The notes beneath the pieces were generated by a model. That model searched no databases and was not told where the DNA came from. It saw nothing but the letters and a program-made list of their open reading frames with translations. A DNA stretch of 22,081 bases from Folioceros fuciformis (Eukaryota), in NCBI GenBank assembly GCA_049999805.1, contig JBNGIO010006265.1, positions 177,161 to 199,241 of the forward strand. Direction: 5' to 3'. The position numbers and the translations under genes are program-made. This document shows positions 1-9,703 of the stretch, piece after piece; position 1 is the stretch's first letter; each line of letters begins with the position of its first letter.

Positions 1-1669
1 GTGGGCCGACAACTCTGCCATAGGTGTTGAGCAGAGAGCGTCGGCTTCTCGTCCACTGTGGGTTCTTGAAACACTCTTCTGGGTAGCCATGCTCGTAGAG
101 CCGAGGCAGGTCCTTGAGGATGCAGAACTTGGAGCCGCAGTAGTTATGGAAACCCTGAGTGAACACATCCGCGTGCCGGCCTAGTCTCTTGGCACTGTGG
201 AAGACGAGGATGTGCACGTTCCTACTGGTGTTTCCTCGTTCGTACGCAAATGCTTCGCACAGTTGTTGGACGCTTTCGAGCTCGGGGCACCTTGCAAGCT
301 GGCAGAGCTTCAGAATGGCCCTTCTATTGTCCTCGTTCTCCATGGCAAACCGGACATATGGCACAGGATCCCGGTATCTCACTGCTTGCGTGAAGGATGT
401 GAGCATCATTTTGTCAGCAGCGGCGTATACAAGAGGTAGGTCTTGTATCGTGAGATGACATCTGTCTGTGTAGATGTACTCCATGAGACCGTGCAGCATG
501 GCCTCTGTCCACGACAGCATCTTGAGCTTCACGTAGTACTTGCCCACAGGAATACCCTTGTGATGGAACTTCACCAGGGTCTCCCTCTCATGAACTGTCT
601 CCCTTCTGGCCGCTTCAAATGCCATTAGCTGGACCAGGAAATCATTCCGAATGGAGCAAGGTTCATCAGCCATGTCTCCGCCCTCCACACTGGGAGGCCT
701 ATCTTCCTCCTCCAGGTCTGTCTTTACATGATCTGCAGGGTCTGAGACCGCCTGTCCTCTCCCTGCGATGTTCCCAAGTTTTGCTCGAAGCTCTCCCGCT
801 AGGTCACCCCCAGGAGCACCTCCTCCTTGAAGGTTCTCAGATTTCACACCACCTTGCTGGCTCTCCTTTCCAACTGCTGTGTTCTGCTGTGCATCCTTAG
901 GATCAACTATGGTCACCCTCCTCGTAGCAGCAGGAGCAGGAACAGAAGCAGGAGAAGGATCAGAATCAGAATCAGGAAGCACACTACCATCCTTTCCCCC
1001 AACCATCTTGACGCCATCCTTGGCTTCTCCACCAGCAACAATGCTGTTCGGCGACGAGGTGGCCTTCACAACCCCATCCTCTGTCGTACTTCCACCTTGC
1101 TCTCCACTAGCCTGCAGGCTCCTCCCCCGGTTAAAACAGGCCTTGGAATCCAAAACAGGACCACTGGCAACCATGCTGGCTCTCTGGGCAAGCACGATAC
1201 TCTGCCTCTCAAGCTGCGCCTCCTCCTCAGGCTGGGCCACGACGCTCTGTCTCTTCAACCCCGTCACGCTCCCTCTCTTCACATTCTCGTAGATGGTCCT
1301 CGCTGCCGGGCCCAAGAACCCCCCTTCCCCATCAGGCTCCATGAAGAAGCTGTTCCTGTCCAGCACAAAACTGGGAGGCCTGATGGTAGGCCGTCTGCTC
1401 ACAATCCTCGTGTACTCCAGGATCTCCCTGAAGAAGTCACAGGGCCTCTTGAGCATGCACGAGTGGCATAGCAACCGCACCACCTCCGTGCTGTCTGCCC
1501 TCTTGGACACATAGATGATCACATCGGCGGGGCCAGGCACGTCCATGGGTGGAGCCACGGTAAGGAACAACATGGAAAGGCGCTCCTTCAACACATCCGT
1601 AACCAACCGTATGTCCTCCCTCTCGCACCTCTTGCATTGCCCCAGCTTGCACTTGTCACAATGCGCCAT
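1..1669 (-). CDS. BTB/POZ domain protein (split BTB followed by BACK-like helices), 3'-partial, at least 556 aa
   Basis: Manual translation of the minus strand from the ATG at 1669 (in-frame TGA just upstream) is open to the window edge: MAHCDKCKLGQCKRC...PADVIIYVSKRADSTEVVRLLCHSCMLKRPCDFFREILEY (BTB N-half pattern DV.l.v...HxxvLxxxSxFFxxm)...VKLKMLSWTEAMLHGLMEYIYTDRCHLTIQDLPLVYAAADKMML (BTB C-half pattern llxyiYT...ll.aAdky.l)...ILKLCQLARCPELESVQQLCEAF. It is probably missing from the ORF track because the stop lies outside the window. Confidence 0.8.
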   Translation of the reverse strand, partial: MAHCDKCKLGQCKRCEREDIRLVTDVLKERLSMLFLTVAPPMDVPGPADVIIYVSKRADSTEVVRLLCHSCMLKRPCDFFREILEYTRIVSRRPTIRPPSFVLDRNSFFMEPDGEGGFLGPAARTIYENVKRGSVTGLKRQSVVAQPEEEAQLERQSIVLAQRASMVASGPVLDSKACFNRGRSLQASGEQGGSTTEDGVVKATSSPNSIVAGGEAKDGVKMVGGKDGSVLPDSDSDPSPASVPAPAATRRVTIVDPKDAQQNTAVGKESQQGGVKSENLQGGGAPGGDLAGELRAKLGNIAGRGQAVSDPADHVKTDLEEEDRPPSVEGGDMADEPCSIRNDFLVQLMAFEAARRETVHERETLVKFHHKGIPVGKYYVKLKMLSWTEAMLHGLMEYIYTDRCHLTIQDLPLVYAAADKMMLTSFTQAVRYRDPVPYVRFAMENEDNRRAILKLCQLARCPELESVQQLCEAFAYERGNTSRNVHILVFHSAKRLGRHADVFTQGFHNYCGSKFCILKDLPRLYEHGYPEECFKNPQWTRSRRSLLNTYGRVVGP

Positions 1670-2071
1670 CTCGCAACCTCGATCCTGACAGCTTCACCCG
1701 CTTGCCGACGCATGAGTCGTCTACCACATCATTGGAAATAGAATCCCAGCAGCCTCCAACTTCTGGCTTTGTAGGACACCTTGAGGAACTCCACAGTGAA
1801 CCCGCAGCCGGACCAGGACAGAACAACCCAACACATTCCCCAAGCCGAGCCAGCCATGATCATCACCGCGTCTTCACGCAAGAACAGAATTCTACGAACA
1901 AGAGAAGAAGAAGAACACCCGGGCGCAGGCAAATCGAAGTTTGCAACGTGCAGGCTCTGCACACGAGGTGGCACGGCGGACAGGATCAAGAGGTGTCGCG
2001 CCGTTGGGACAGCCGCGACAGTAACCTTGTTCAGTTTCTCAAGCAGTTTTAACTTAACCTCGTGTTATTTA

Positions 2072-2142
2072 GCCGCGCGTAGCTCAGTGTGTAGAACATC
2101 CACTTCCGAAGTGGTAAACGCGGGTTCGATTTCTCCGTGGCC
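2072..2142 (+). ncRNA. tRNA-like element (pseudo-tRNA or tRNA-derived SINE head), possible anticodon CCG
   Basis: A-box TAGCTCAGTGTG and B-box-like GGTTCGATTTC at tRNA spacing. Anticodon-like arm CCAC-TTCCGAA-GTGG. GCCGCG pairs with CGTGGC as an acceptor-like stem. The T-stem is mismatched and the spacing before the D arm is irregular. Confidence 0.55.
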
Positions 2143-2294
2143 CTCTCTCCAGGCTGACAAACGCTTGCCCTATGGAGCTAAAGCCACATGTTGTGCAGCA
2201 TTGCATGGGCAGATCGGATGACTTCCTATCTCAAAGAACCATTGATCACTTTCTATTCCAGTGCAAAGAGAAGTCCCTTCTGCAGACATTCCGT

Positions 2295-2561
2295 ATGCTT
2301 TGGGCTTGAACACAAATGCTTTGGGCTTGAACACAAATGCTTTGGGCTTGAACACAAATGCTTTGGGCTTGAACACAAATGCTTTGGGCTTGAACACAAA
2401 TGCTTTGGGCTTGAACACAAATGCTTTGGGCTTGAACACAAATGNNNNNNNNNNNNNNNNNNNNNNNNNNNNNNNNNNNNNNNNNNNNNNNNNNNNNNNN
2501 NNNNNNNNNNNNNNNNNNNNNNNNNNNNNNNNNNNNNNNNNNNNGGGCTTGAACACAAATG
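2295..2561. repeat. 21-bp minisatellite (ATGCTTTGGGCTTGAACACAA)n interrupted by an assembly gap
   Basis: 7 identical units at 2295-2441, a 100-N gap at 2445-2544, and a partial unit at 2545-2561. Confidence 0.95.
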
Positions 2562-2608
2562 TTTAGGTCATGAAGATACCATCAAAACTGCAGCAGAGCC
2601 ATCCAATT

Positions 2609-2694
2609 TCTTTCAACATATCTTCATTCTCTTTCAACATATCTTCATTCTTTCAACACATCTTCATTCTTTCAACACATCTTCATTCTCTTTC
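2609..2694. repeat. 19-21-bp tandem repeat TTTCAACAYATCTTCATTC(TC), about 4 copies
   Basis: Directly visible. Confidence 0.85.
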
Positions 2695-2851
2695 GCACCT
2701 TTCTGGTCAACCTTCATGAAGGAGGTGCAAATTGCAACATCCACTTTAGGGTTTATAATTTGCGGGTCCTTTGGTTTGTGTTTCAAGCTATTTGTGGATT
2801 CCTCTACTCCACCCTCGGCTTCATGCACAAACCTTCATCCCCTCCCTCAGT

Positions 2852-3036
2852 ACCAGAGTCATTCCCCAAGGAGTCATTCCCCAAGTTAAACGAAGTCACT
2901 CCTCTCTCCTTGCTCCTCCCTCTCCATACCTGTGCCAAACCAAACCCTAACCTCTGAAACCAGAGTCATTCCCCAAGGTAAACGAAGTCACTCCTCTCTC
3001 CATACTTGTGCCAAACCAAACCCTAACCTATGAAAG
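2852..3036. repeat. Imperfect direct duplication (~75-105 bp), each copy containing AAACCCTAA
   Basis: CCAGAGTCATTCCCCAAGG...AAACGAAGTCACTCCTCTCTCC...TGTGCCAAACCAAACCCTAACCT occurs twice. Confidence 0.8.
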
Positions 3037-3686
3037 CTCCATGGACATTGCACATCCTTTTGAGAAATGTTCTTGAAAAAAAACTCTGAAAATATTTGAA
3101 CAACTTTGAGTCTTTTGGTACCACAAAGAGTCCGTTTGGGAGCGTGCCCCTAGATGTTGAAGGGGAAAAGCTTAAAATAGTTTATCCTCCCCTCTGTCCG
3201 GTTTGGTATGCCATACATCACATATCTGGTTGCTGAGAGAATATATTAAAACATGACTTTTGTTTTTAAGATTAATACTATATATGCATATAGCGTATGT
3301 GTAGGTTTAGAAGTTTATAAAAAGGATAGAGATTTGGCAGGTATGTAATATGAGCTTAGCACGTCCTTCTCTTTTTCTTTGGAGTCGAAGCCATTTCAGT
3401 ACTGCTAGATTTGTCCCGTTCTTGTTTGATCTACCAATAAGCCCTTCACACGTCTCCAAGGTGGGTACTGCGCCGAGAACGTTGCGAAAAGTATGGGAGT
3501 TTTCTGTACATATAAATAGGTAGTGCGTGACTTGGTTCAAGTTTAGGGCAGCGTCTCAGCAACACTTCTCTGCGTCGCTGCTCCCCCTTAGACCGTGTAC
3601 GCCGGCTGCTTGTTCCGGGTCCGGCTTGCCGTAGCCACAGCCTCAGAATCGTTTCCTGGAGGACTGGTCTTTTGGTGGTTTAGGTG

Positions 3687-6567
3687 ATGATTTACACCGC
3701 TCTCGACACCTTCTATGTCTCCCCTCAACAAATTGCGGATTCTCCTTCTCGGAAGGATGGCGTTGATGAGCCGACGGAGAACCTGCTCCGCCGGTTTGGA
3801 TGTGAGCTGATCCAGGAGAGCGGCATTCTACTCAAAATGTATTCACTCAGCTTTTCTCATGGGTTTCCCAGCTTGTTGTGCTCGTGTATCCCTTCTCTCC
3901 TGAAAGAGTGAATTCTGTCTAGGTTTCATGCTGTCTGATAGGTGCGCTGACGCNNNNNNNNNNNNNNNNNNNNNNNNNNNNNNNNNNNNNNNNNNNNNNN
4001 NNNNNNNNNNNNNNNNNNNNNNNNNNNNNNNNNNNNNNNNNNNNNNNNNNNNNGTGCTATTCCATCGCTTCTACTGCAAAAAGTCTTTTTCTCGGTTCAA
4101 CGTGAAGGTGTGTGCACTCGCTTGTTTGAATTTCGTTTCCCTATTTCGGCATGTAGCTTTGTTTCTAAATTGTTGTAGATGTGTATTGGCGGCAGCGAGT
4201 TGCGGCGAGCTGTGTCTGGCTGGCTTCCAAGTTGGAAGAAAGTCCGAGGAGGATGACGGATATTTTGAACGTGTTTTATCGCATTGATTGTCGCCGTGAG
4301 AATCGTGAAATAGATTTTCCGGACCACAAGGTGAGGGCTCTGGCCATTCTTGTTTTTCAGCTCCTTGTCCATGCCACATCGGTCTGACTCAAATTTGGTT
4401 TTCCAGAAGTACGAAGAAATGAAAGTTGACCTCATAAGGACTGAGCGCCACCTTCTCAAGGAAATGGGATTTATCTGTCATGTGGAGCATCCGCACAAGT
4501 TCATTCTGAACTACCTTCTGCAACTAGAGGCGCCTCCCGAGCTCATGCAGGAGGCATGGAATTTGGCAAATGACAGGTGATCCACTGCCGTCCACACCAC
4601 TGTATGCTTCTTTTCTTTTTTTTTTAGTTTTTGGTATCCTAGCTGTGCCCATCCGTGGTCGAGAGTGAGCACCAGCAGTTGTTATAACTCGCAGAAGTTT
4701 TGTTGTCACACCCATCGGTGGGCTTCCTAACCTCAAGTACAGGATGCCCTGAGGAGGCAGTCTGCTCCCAGCTGGTTCTCTCGTAGCTGAGAAACCATTC
4801 TGGTTTGCTGAGGAATCAGGTGATCGCTCACACCACAGGCTGGGGTTTTTGTCACTCTCGGAATTGTTAACCTCAGAAACTTTCCAAAATCATCTCGTGA
4901 GAAAGGGATGGGTGTCTCACTAAACCAAGGTGGAAGTGAGAAGTTAGGGACTGACAACATTTGTGACATGCAGTCATCCTTTGGGTCACCTTGTTATTGT
5001 TGGCACTTGTATTTCTCAGCGTTTTGCTTTGTTTTCCATGTTGTAGGCCTCTACTCCAGTTAACAAGAGCTGATTCTCAGTTGCTGTCATGGTGGCAGCT
5101 TGCGGACAACTCTCTGTGTTCGGTTCAAGAGTGAGGTGGTAGCTTGTGGGGTGGTGTACGCCGCTGCCCGGAGATTTAGAGTGCCCTTGCCAGAAAGGCC
5201 TCCATGGTGGCAAGTCTTTGACGCCGGAAAAAGTGATGTGGAGGAGGTTTGCAGGGTTTTAGGTGACCTGTATAGGCAACCAAAGGCACATTATGCTGAA
5301 GTTAGGAAAGATGCCAAATCTTTTGTCCTAACAAGTACTGCTTGGGACCCTCCACCAGATGCGCAGGCAAGTGTTTCAGTTTCTGTGGGTCTGTTAGATT
5401 TTCTTGTGGTACTGTGTCTGATTTCAAGCCCTTCCTTGTACAGGTAAATCTACTCAAAGTTGTTGGAAATGGGGGTGCGACTGCCATGCCGTCAAGTGCT
5501 AGTCCAGATGCCCAGCCTCAGAACACTAACTCAGCTGGTGATCGGTCTAAGTTAGCAGTAGCCAAGGACACTAGGACGGACTCCCAGGAGCTGCAAACTT
5601 CATCTGGCAATGGCGAGTTGAGAGACGATCAATCAGTAGGGAAAACGAAGCTTGTGAACGACAAGGAAGACGGGGGTGGAGATAACTCTAGGCTGAAAGA
5701 TAGGAGTCGGCAATTGACTGAGAATGAGAGAGATCGTGACAGGGACCGTGAGCGGGACAACCGGGATCGAACTCGCGAGCGCGACAGAGATAGGGAGAAG
5801 GAAAGGGAGAGGGAAAAGCTCAGGGAAAGGGTCCATCGGAGCAAGGACAGAAGTAGAGACACAGGTTTGTGACCAGCACCTTTCTGCATCCTTTTTTGTC
5901 AGTAGCTTCACGATTTGACCGTTTCCTGCTCTTCTGTCACTATTTCCTGTTAAGCAGCTGTTGAACGGCCTTGGGTGCCATGTAGGAGGATGTGCACGTT
6001 TTCTGTGCAGGGATTCTTTTCCAAGATTATACTTATTTCTCCATTGTACTTTAGTGGAGCCTTACCCTGGTGCCTGAGGCCGTTCAACAGCTGTTTAACT
6101 GGAGCCTGTCAACTGGATGCATGACATTTTGTGTTAGTGCAATTTTTTTAGAGGTATGTTGATGGATGCTTTTCTATTGTTCATTTCTGCCATCCGTCTG
6201 TGAGTTGCTGCTATTCCCCAACTTGTCAGCAACCAACCCAGATGAGTTTAAAGCAGTAATGAGGTGAAGGGTCTTTGTTATGGTGGGAATTTGGGTTGAA
6301 ACATCTCTCTGGCATACGCTGTGTACTGAAGGGTAAATCTTGGGTTCTGGTGTGTGCAGGGCATGCAGACAAGTTACGGCATCGTCCATCTTCACGAGGT
6401 GACTGTCGCTTTGAAGGTCTTTTCCATTTCTTCGAAGCATGGATGTTATATTGTTTTTGTGTGATCATTATATTGAGTCTTGGTGTTTATGTCCAGATCA
6501 CGAGTTCCAGAACTCTCATGCTGTAATTCGTGAGAGGGAGCGACATCGCTACCACCCGTATGCTTAG
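3687..6567 (+). CDS. CYCL1: Cyclin L1 (cyclin boxes plus RD/RE/RS-rich C-terminal tail)
   Basis: Inferred exons: 3687-3838, <=4054-4107 (5' part, expected PQAVMATGQ-like, lies in the N gap 3954-4053), 4196-4330, 4407-4576, 5099-5366, 5444-5864, 6360-6398, 6497-6567. Translation MIYTALDTFYVS...SPSRKDG...GCELIQESGILLK / VLFHRFYCKKS / VAASCVWLASKLEESP / TERHLLKEMGFICHVEHPHKFI / EAWNLANDSLRTTLCVRFKSEVVACGVVYAAARRF matches plant cyclin L1 from memory. Splice phases are consistent across all visible junctions. Confidence 0.95.
5945..6103 (+). other. 36-bp inverted repeat / RNA hairpin in cyclin L1 intron 6
   Basis: 5' arm 5945-5980 TCCTGTTAAGCAGCTGTTGAACGGCCTTGGGTGCCA pairs with 3' arm 6068-6103 TGGTGCCTGAGGCCGTTCAACAGCTGTTTAACTGGA: 30 Watson-Crick pairs, 5 G-U pairs, 1 mismatch. 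Confidence 0.85.
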
Positions 6568-9339
6568 TTGACCAAGCAGCTACGCAGCTTGGACAATTCA
6601 TGGACAAAGAGGGTCATAGGATTGTTGACTGGGGTCTGTTGCCCCATGCTAGCTTCACGCTGCTGGAATATTTGCCCAGCTGGTGTAAGTCTGGCTTTTG
6701 TTCACCTCTTGAAAGCAACAGCTGTATGTAGGATAACTAATGTCCTCTGGCAGATGTTGCCTGGACAGAGGTGAAACAGGCCTGGAGAACGAATGGTGGA
6801 TGAAAGCTGGTTGAAGACGTGCGCGTGTCTACTTCACGGTCGGTTCCTGGACTCAGCAGTGTTCTTGGAGCGGCAGATACTGGCTGATAATTAGAGGTCT
6901 TTCATTTGATTGTTAAGCTTTGGACCTTTCCTTCAACAAACCTGTAACATATTAATTCAATGATGTGAGTTGAAATGGTTCTGGCCTGCACCATGTGTGT
7001 ACGTTATTTTGTATTATCGTGAGACTGCGTACATTCCTAAAGCATGATCTTATCAATGATGGCATGTGAACTGTTGTCGTTTAGTTTCCAGTGTTGTCGA
7101 TGCGTTTTGGTGTGTTTGGAAACCAGTGTCTTATGTAGCTTGGTTGACACAAACTCTGTTTTCTGTGAGGGAGGATAGGGTTTCATTGCTCTTCAGTTTA
7201 GTGTGTTTTGAGTGGGTTATTTCTCATGTCTCTTCATGGAGAGGTTCCATTCCAATTTACTTTACTAACCGCCAATGTGCATGTATGTGCACATAACTGT
7301 AGCAGCCCTCGTTTCAACGAACCACTCTGTGTAAACGAGGGACAACGTGGAGTGCCTTCTCTTCCTCTGATCAGCGGTAAGTGTGGGGTGGATCACCTAA
7401 GCTGCAATCTCATCAATGTAGTAGGTATTCCTGACAGACCCCGCGCATGAGATCCTGAAGGAGTTTGCTCAGTTTCCGTTTGATCTTGGTGTCTTAATGT
7501 TCTACCCTGTCCCTATTGCATGGTCGTACGATGCAGCAGCGAGCTGCCAGTGTCCTAAGTTTGCATTATGATGTATAGATTATGGTTCTTCCCATTCAGT
7601 TTATACCACGAGCAGTTGGTGCAAGTGGAATCACTAGGATGTCGCGTGCAGTAACCATCTAGCCCTTGGGGCAACTCTCATGATATCTGGATTTTAGTCT
7701 TCACATATCATTTGAGCCTTCAAGTTCGCATTTATGGAAAAGGGTGGATGTATTACACAACATTCTAGAGGGAGCATTGTGATGGAGCAATTTTTATGAC
7801 AACGGGCATATGCTTTTATGACTGGCCGAGGGTTCTTTGAAGCCTGATGTCCAGCCCTTGCAACAAAATGATCTGCTCCTTGGCCAAATGGATTCTCAAG
7901 ACGGTATTCAATGCACAGTTCTTTGATGGAAGCAACTTGGAGCGAATGGTGAGCGGATGAAGGAAACCCGAAATTTTGAAGTAGCTCTCTACCTCAGGAC
8001 GGATTTCAAGTTGTTCCTTTACCGACAGATGTTACAGCTTCATTGTATGAAACGGCATACAGCTATGTTGGTTGAGACCAGCTCTACGTTCTTTCTTTGT
8101 ACGGGGTTCTGTCCTCGACTGGTCACCTCTGAGTGGAGATCATTGGAATTGTGTTTGGTCGCCTCTACTTTCATTTTTAACTAAGTTGCGAATTCTCCAC
8201 GAGCCAGCTCGCGCGGGGCTCTTCTATGTTGGCGCGAGTGAAAAGGTTTTTTGGGTTGATTGTTTTAATAAGCTCGCTTAGTTAGTTGACTGGCAACACA
8301 GGCTGACAGTGCATCGCTTTCTTATGTGCTCCGGTTCCTTTGCAGTTGGTTCCTGATATCTTTCGGTGTTGTGGTGTTGGCCACTGCCACAGCTGAGACT
8401 ATGGATGAAATCTGCATATGTTGTCGAGTGCTCCAATCCCTCTCAGGTCAGGATCCTCAAAAGTGATCTCAAAAATTGTCTTGGTTCTCGGACTACCTAT
8501 CGTAGCCTTACGGAAGTGTTGGCACTCGGTTCTCTACTTAATTTAAAACTAGTTGGGTTTTGCTGCAGTGAACGCGCACCGAGTCTCTATTTAATCTAAA
8601 ATTAAGTGGGTGGTGCTGCATTGAATTGTCACCGACTGCGATCTGGCAGTTTGCCACACATGAATTTGGGATAGAAACAAATTTTGTTTCTTCCTGATTC
8701 TGGCAACTTTAGATAGTGAAAATTCACGTAAAAGATAGCGGGTGTGTGGCCCGCACTCACTTTCCTCTATTTCCGACACCTGTGTTGGGAGAAACATACT
8801 GAACGTGGGCTCAGATATGGACACTTGTCGCTCTCCATGACGTTTCCTCGCATCCAACTGCATTTCCCCCTGACCATGCCCGCTCGGCTACGATCAGGAG
8901 GCGGCATGGTTCTCAGTCTCACCGAAATTCTCGTTCGTGAAGTGCGGTCTGGACAATGCTGGACAGCGGCAGATAGTGCACCTTGGCGCTTGGAAGGCGA
9001 TGCAACAGATACAAGACGACAGTCTTCCCTCACTCTTCTAACAGGTTTAAACTGATGAAGACAGTGTAAGCCCCTTCACGTCCCTTTCCTTTACATTGAA
9101 AGGCCCTATGTTCTATCTTCTATCAAGAATCTATCAAGAGTCTACTTTTTCACTGATAAGAAAAGTAGATTCTAGTGTAGTTTGTGATGTTAGTGGTTAC
9201 TAATATTCTAGGTTTATGATAAGTCTCAAGGGTTTGTAAACTAGACTATAGTATAATAGTATAGCGGTCTCTCCTAGGTATATAGAGGGTCTCCTCTAAG
9301 GTTGTTCTAAGTTTTGTTGCCAAGCCTCTTGTTAGTCTC

Positions 9340-9522
9340 TATTGTTGTCTCTTTGTTCTTGTTCTTTTGTTGTTGTTGTCTATGTGTTCTTGCTCTTTTG
9401 TTGTTGTTGTCTCTATGTTCTTGCTCTTTTGNNNNNNNNNNTGTTCTTGCTCTTTTGTTGTTGTTGTCTCTATGTTCTTGCTCTTTTGTTGTTGTTGTCT
9501 CTATGTTCTTGCTCTTTTGTTA
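9340..9522. repeat. ~31-33-bp tandem repeat (CTATGTTCTTGCTCTTTTGTTGTTGTTGTCT) within the putative LTR
   Basis: About 5-6 copies visible, with a 10-N gap inside. Confidence 0.85.
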
Positions 9523-9703
9523 TAAAGCCTTCTTTATGTTTATATGATCTTGGTATAATCCTATTATGGTATCAGAACATCAAGTTTCTAAGACACGTCT
9601 AATCAACATATATTAGGTTTCAAGGCTTACAACATCTTGTGTCTAAGACGCATTTAATCAATATATCTTAGGTTTTATATTTTTTAAAGATAAGTGGGGT
9701 GTT

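Noticed and set aside
159-1514. Several plus-strand ORFs (up to 214 aa)
   Set aside because: They are antisense shadows of the long minus-strand BTB ORF and carry no recognisable motifs.
2295-2561. CRISPR-like regular repeat, and ORFs reading CFGLEHK/FKPKAFV
   Set aside because: Units are contiguous with no unique spacers and the context is eukaryotic. The ORFs are artefacts of a 21-bp period and the N gap.
3839-3900. Possible U12-type intron in cyclin L (GTATTC donor, GTATCCCTT nearby)
   Set aside because: The donor does not match RTATCCTT, the closer match is not at the exon boundary, and the branch point and acceptor are hidden in the N gap.
5629-5911. Minus-strand SL/SR-rich ORFs
   Set aside because: They are the antisense of the cyclin L RD/RE tail.
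7600-7960. Possible LINE reverse transcriptase remnant (LAKWI motif)
   Set aside because: Only one short motif with stops around it, which cannot be supported without a profile search.
8340-9055. Splice-like sites, a 103-aa ORF and a small hairpin (~8872-8912)
   Set aside because: No coherent gene model or recognisable domain, and a short stem is expected by chance.
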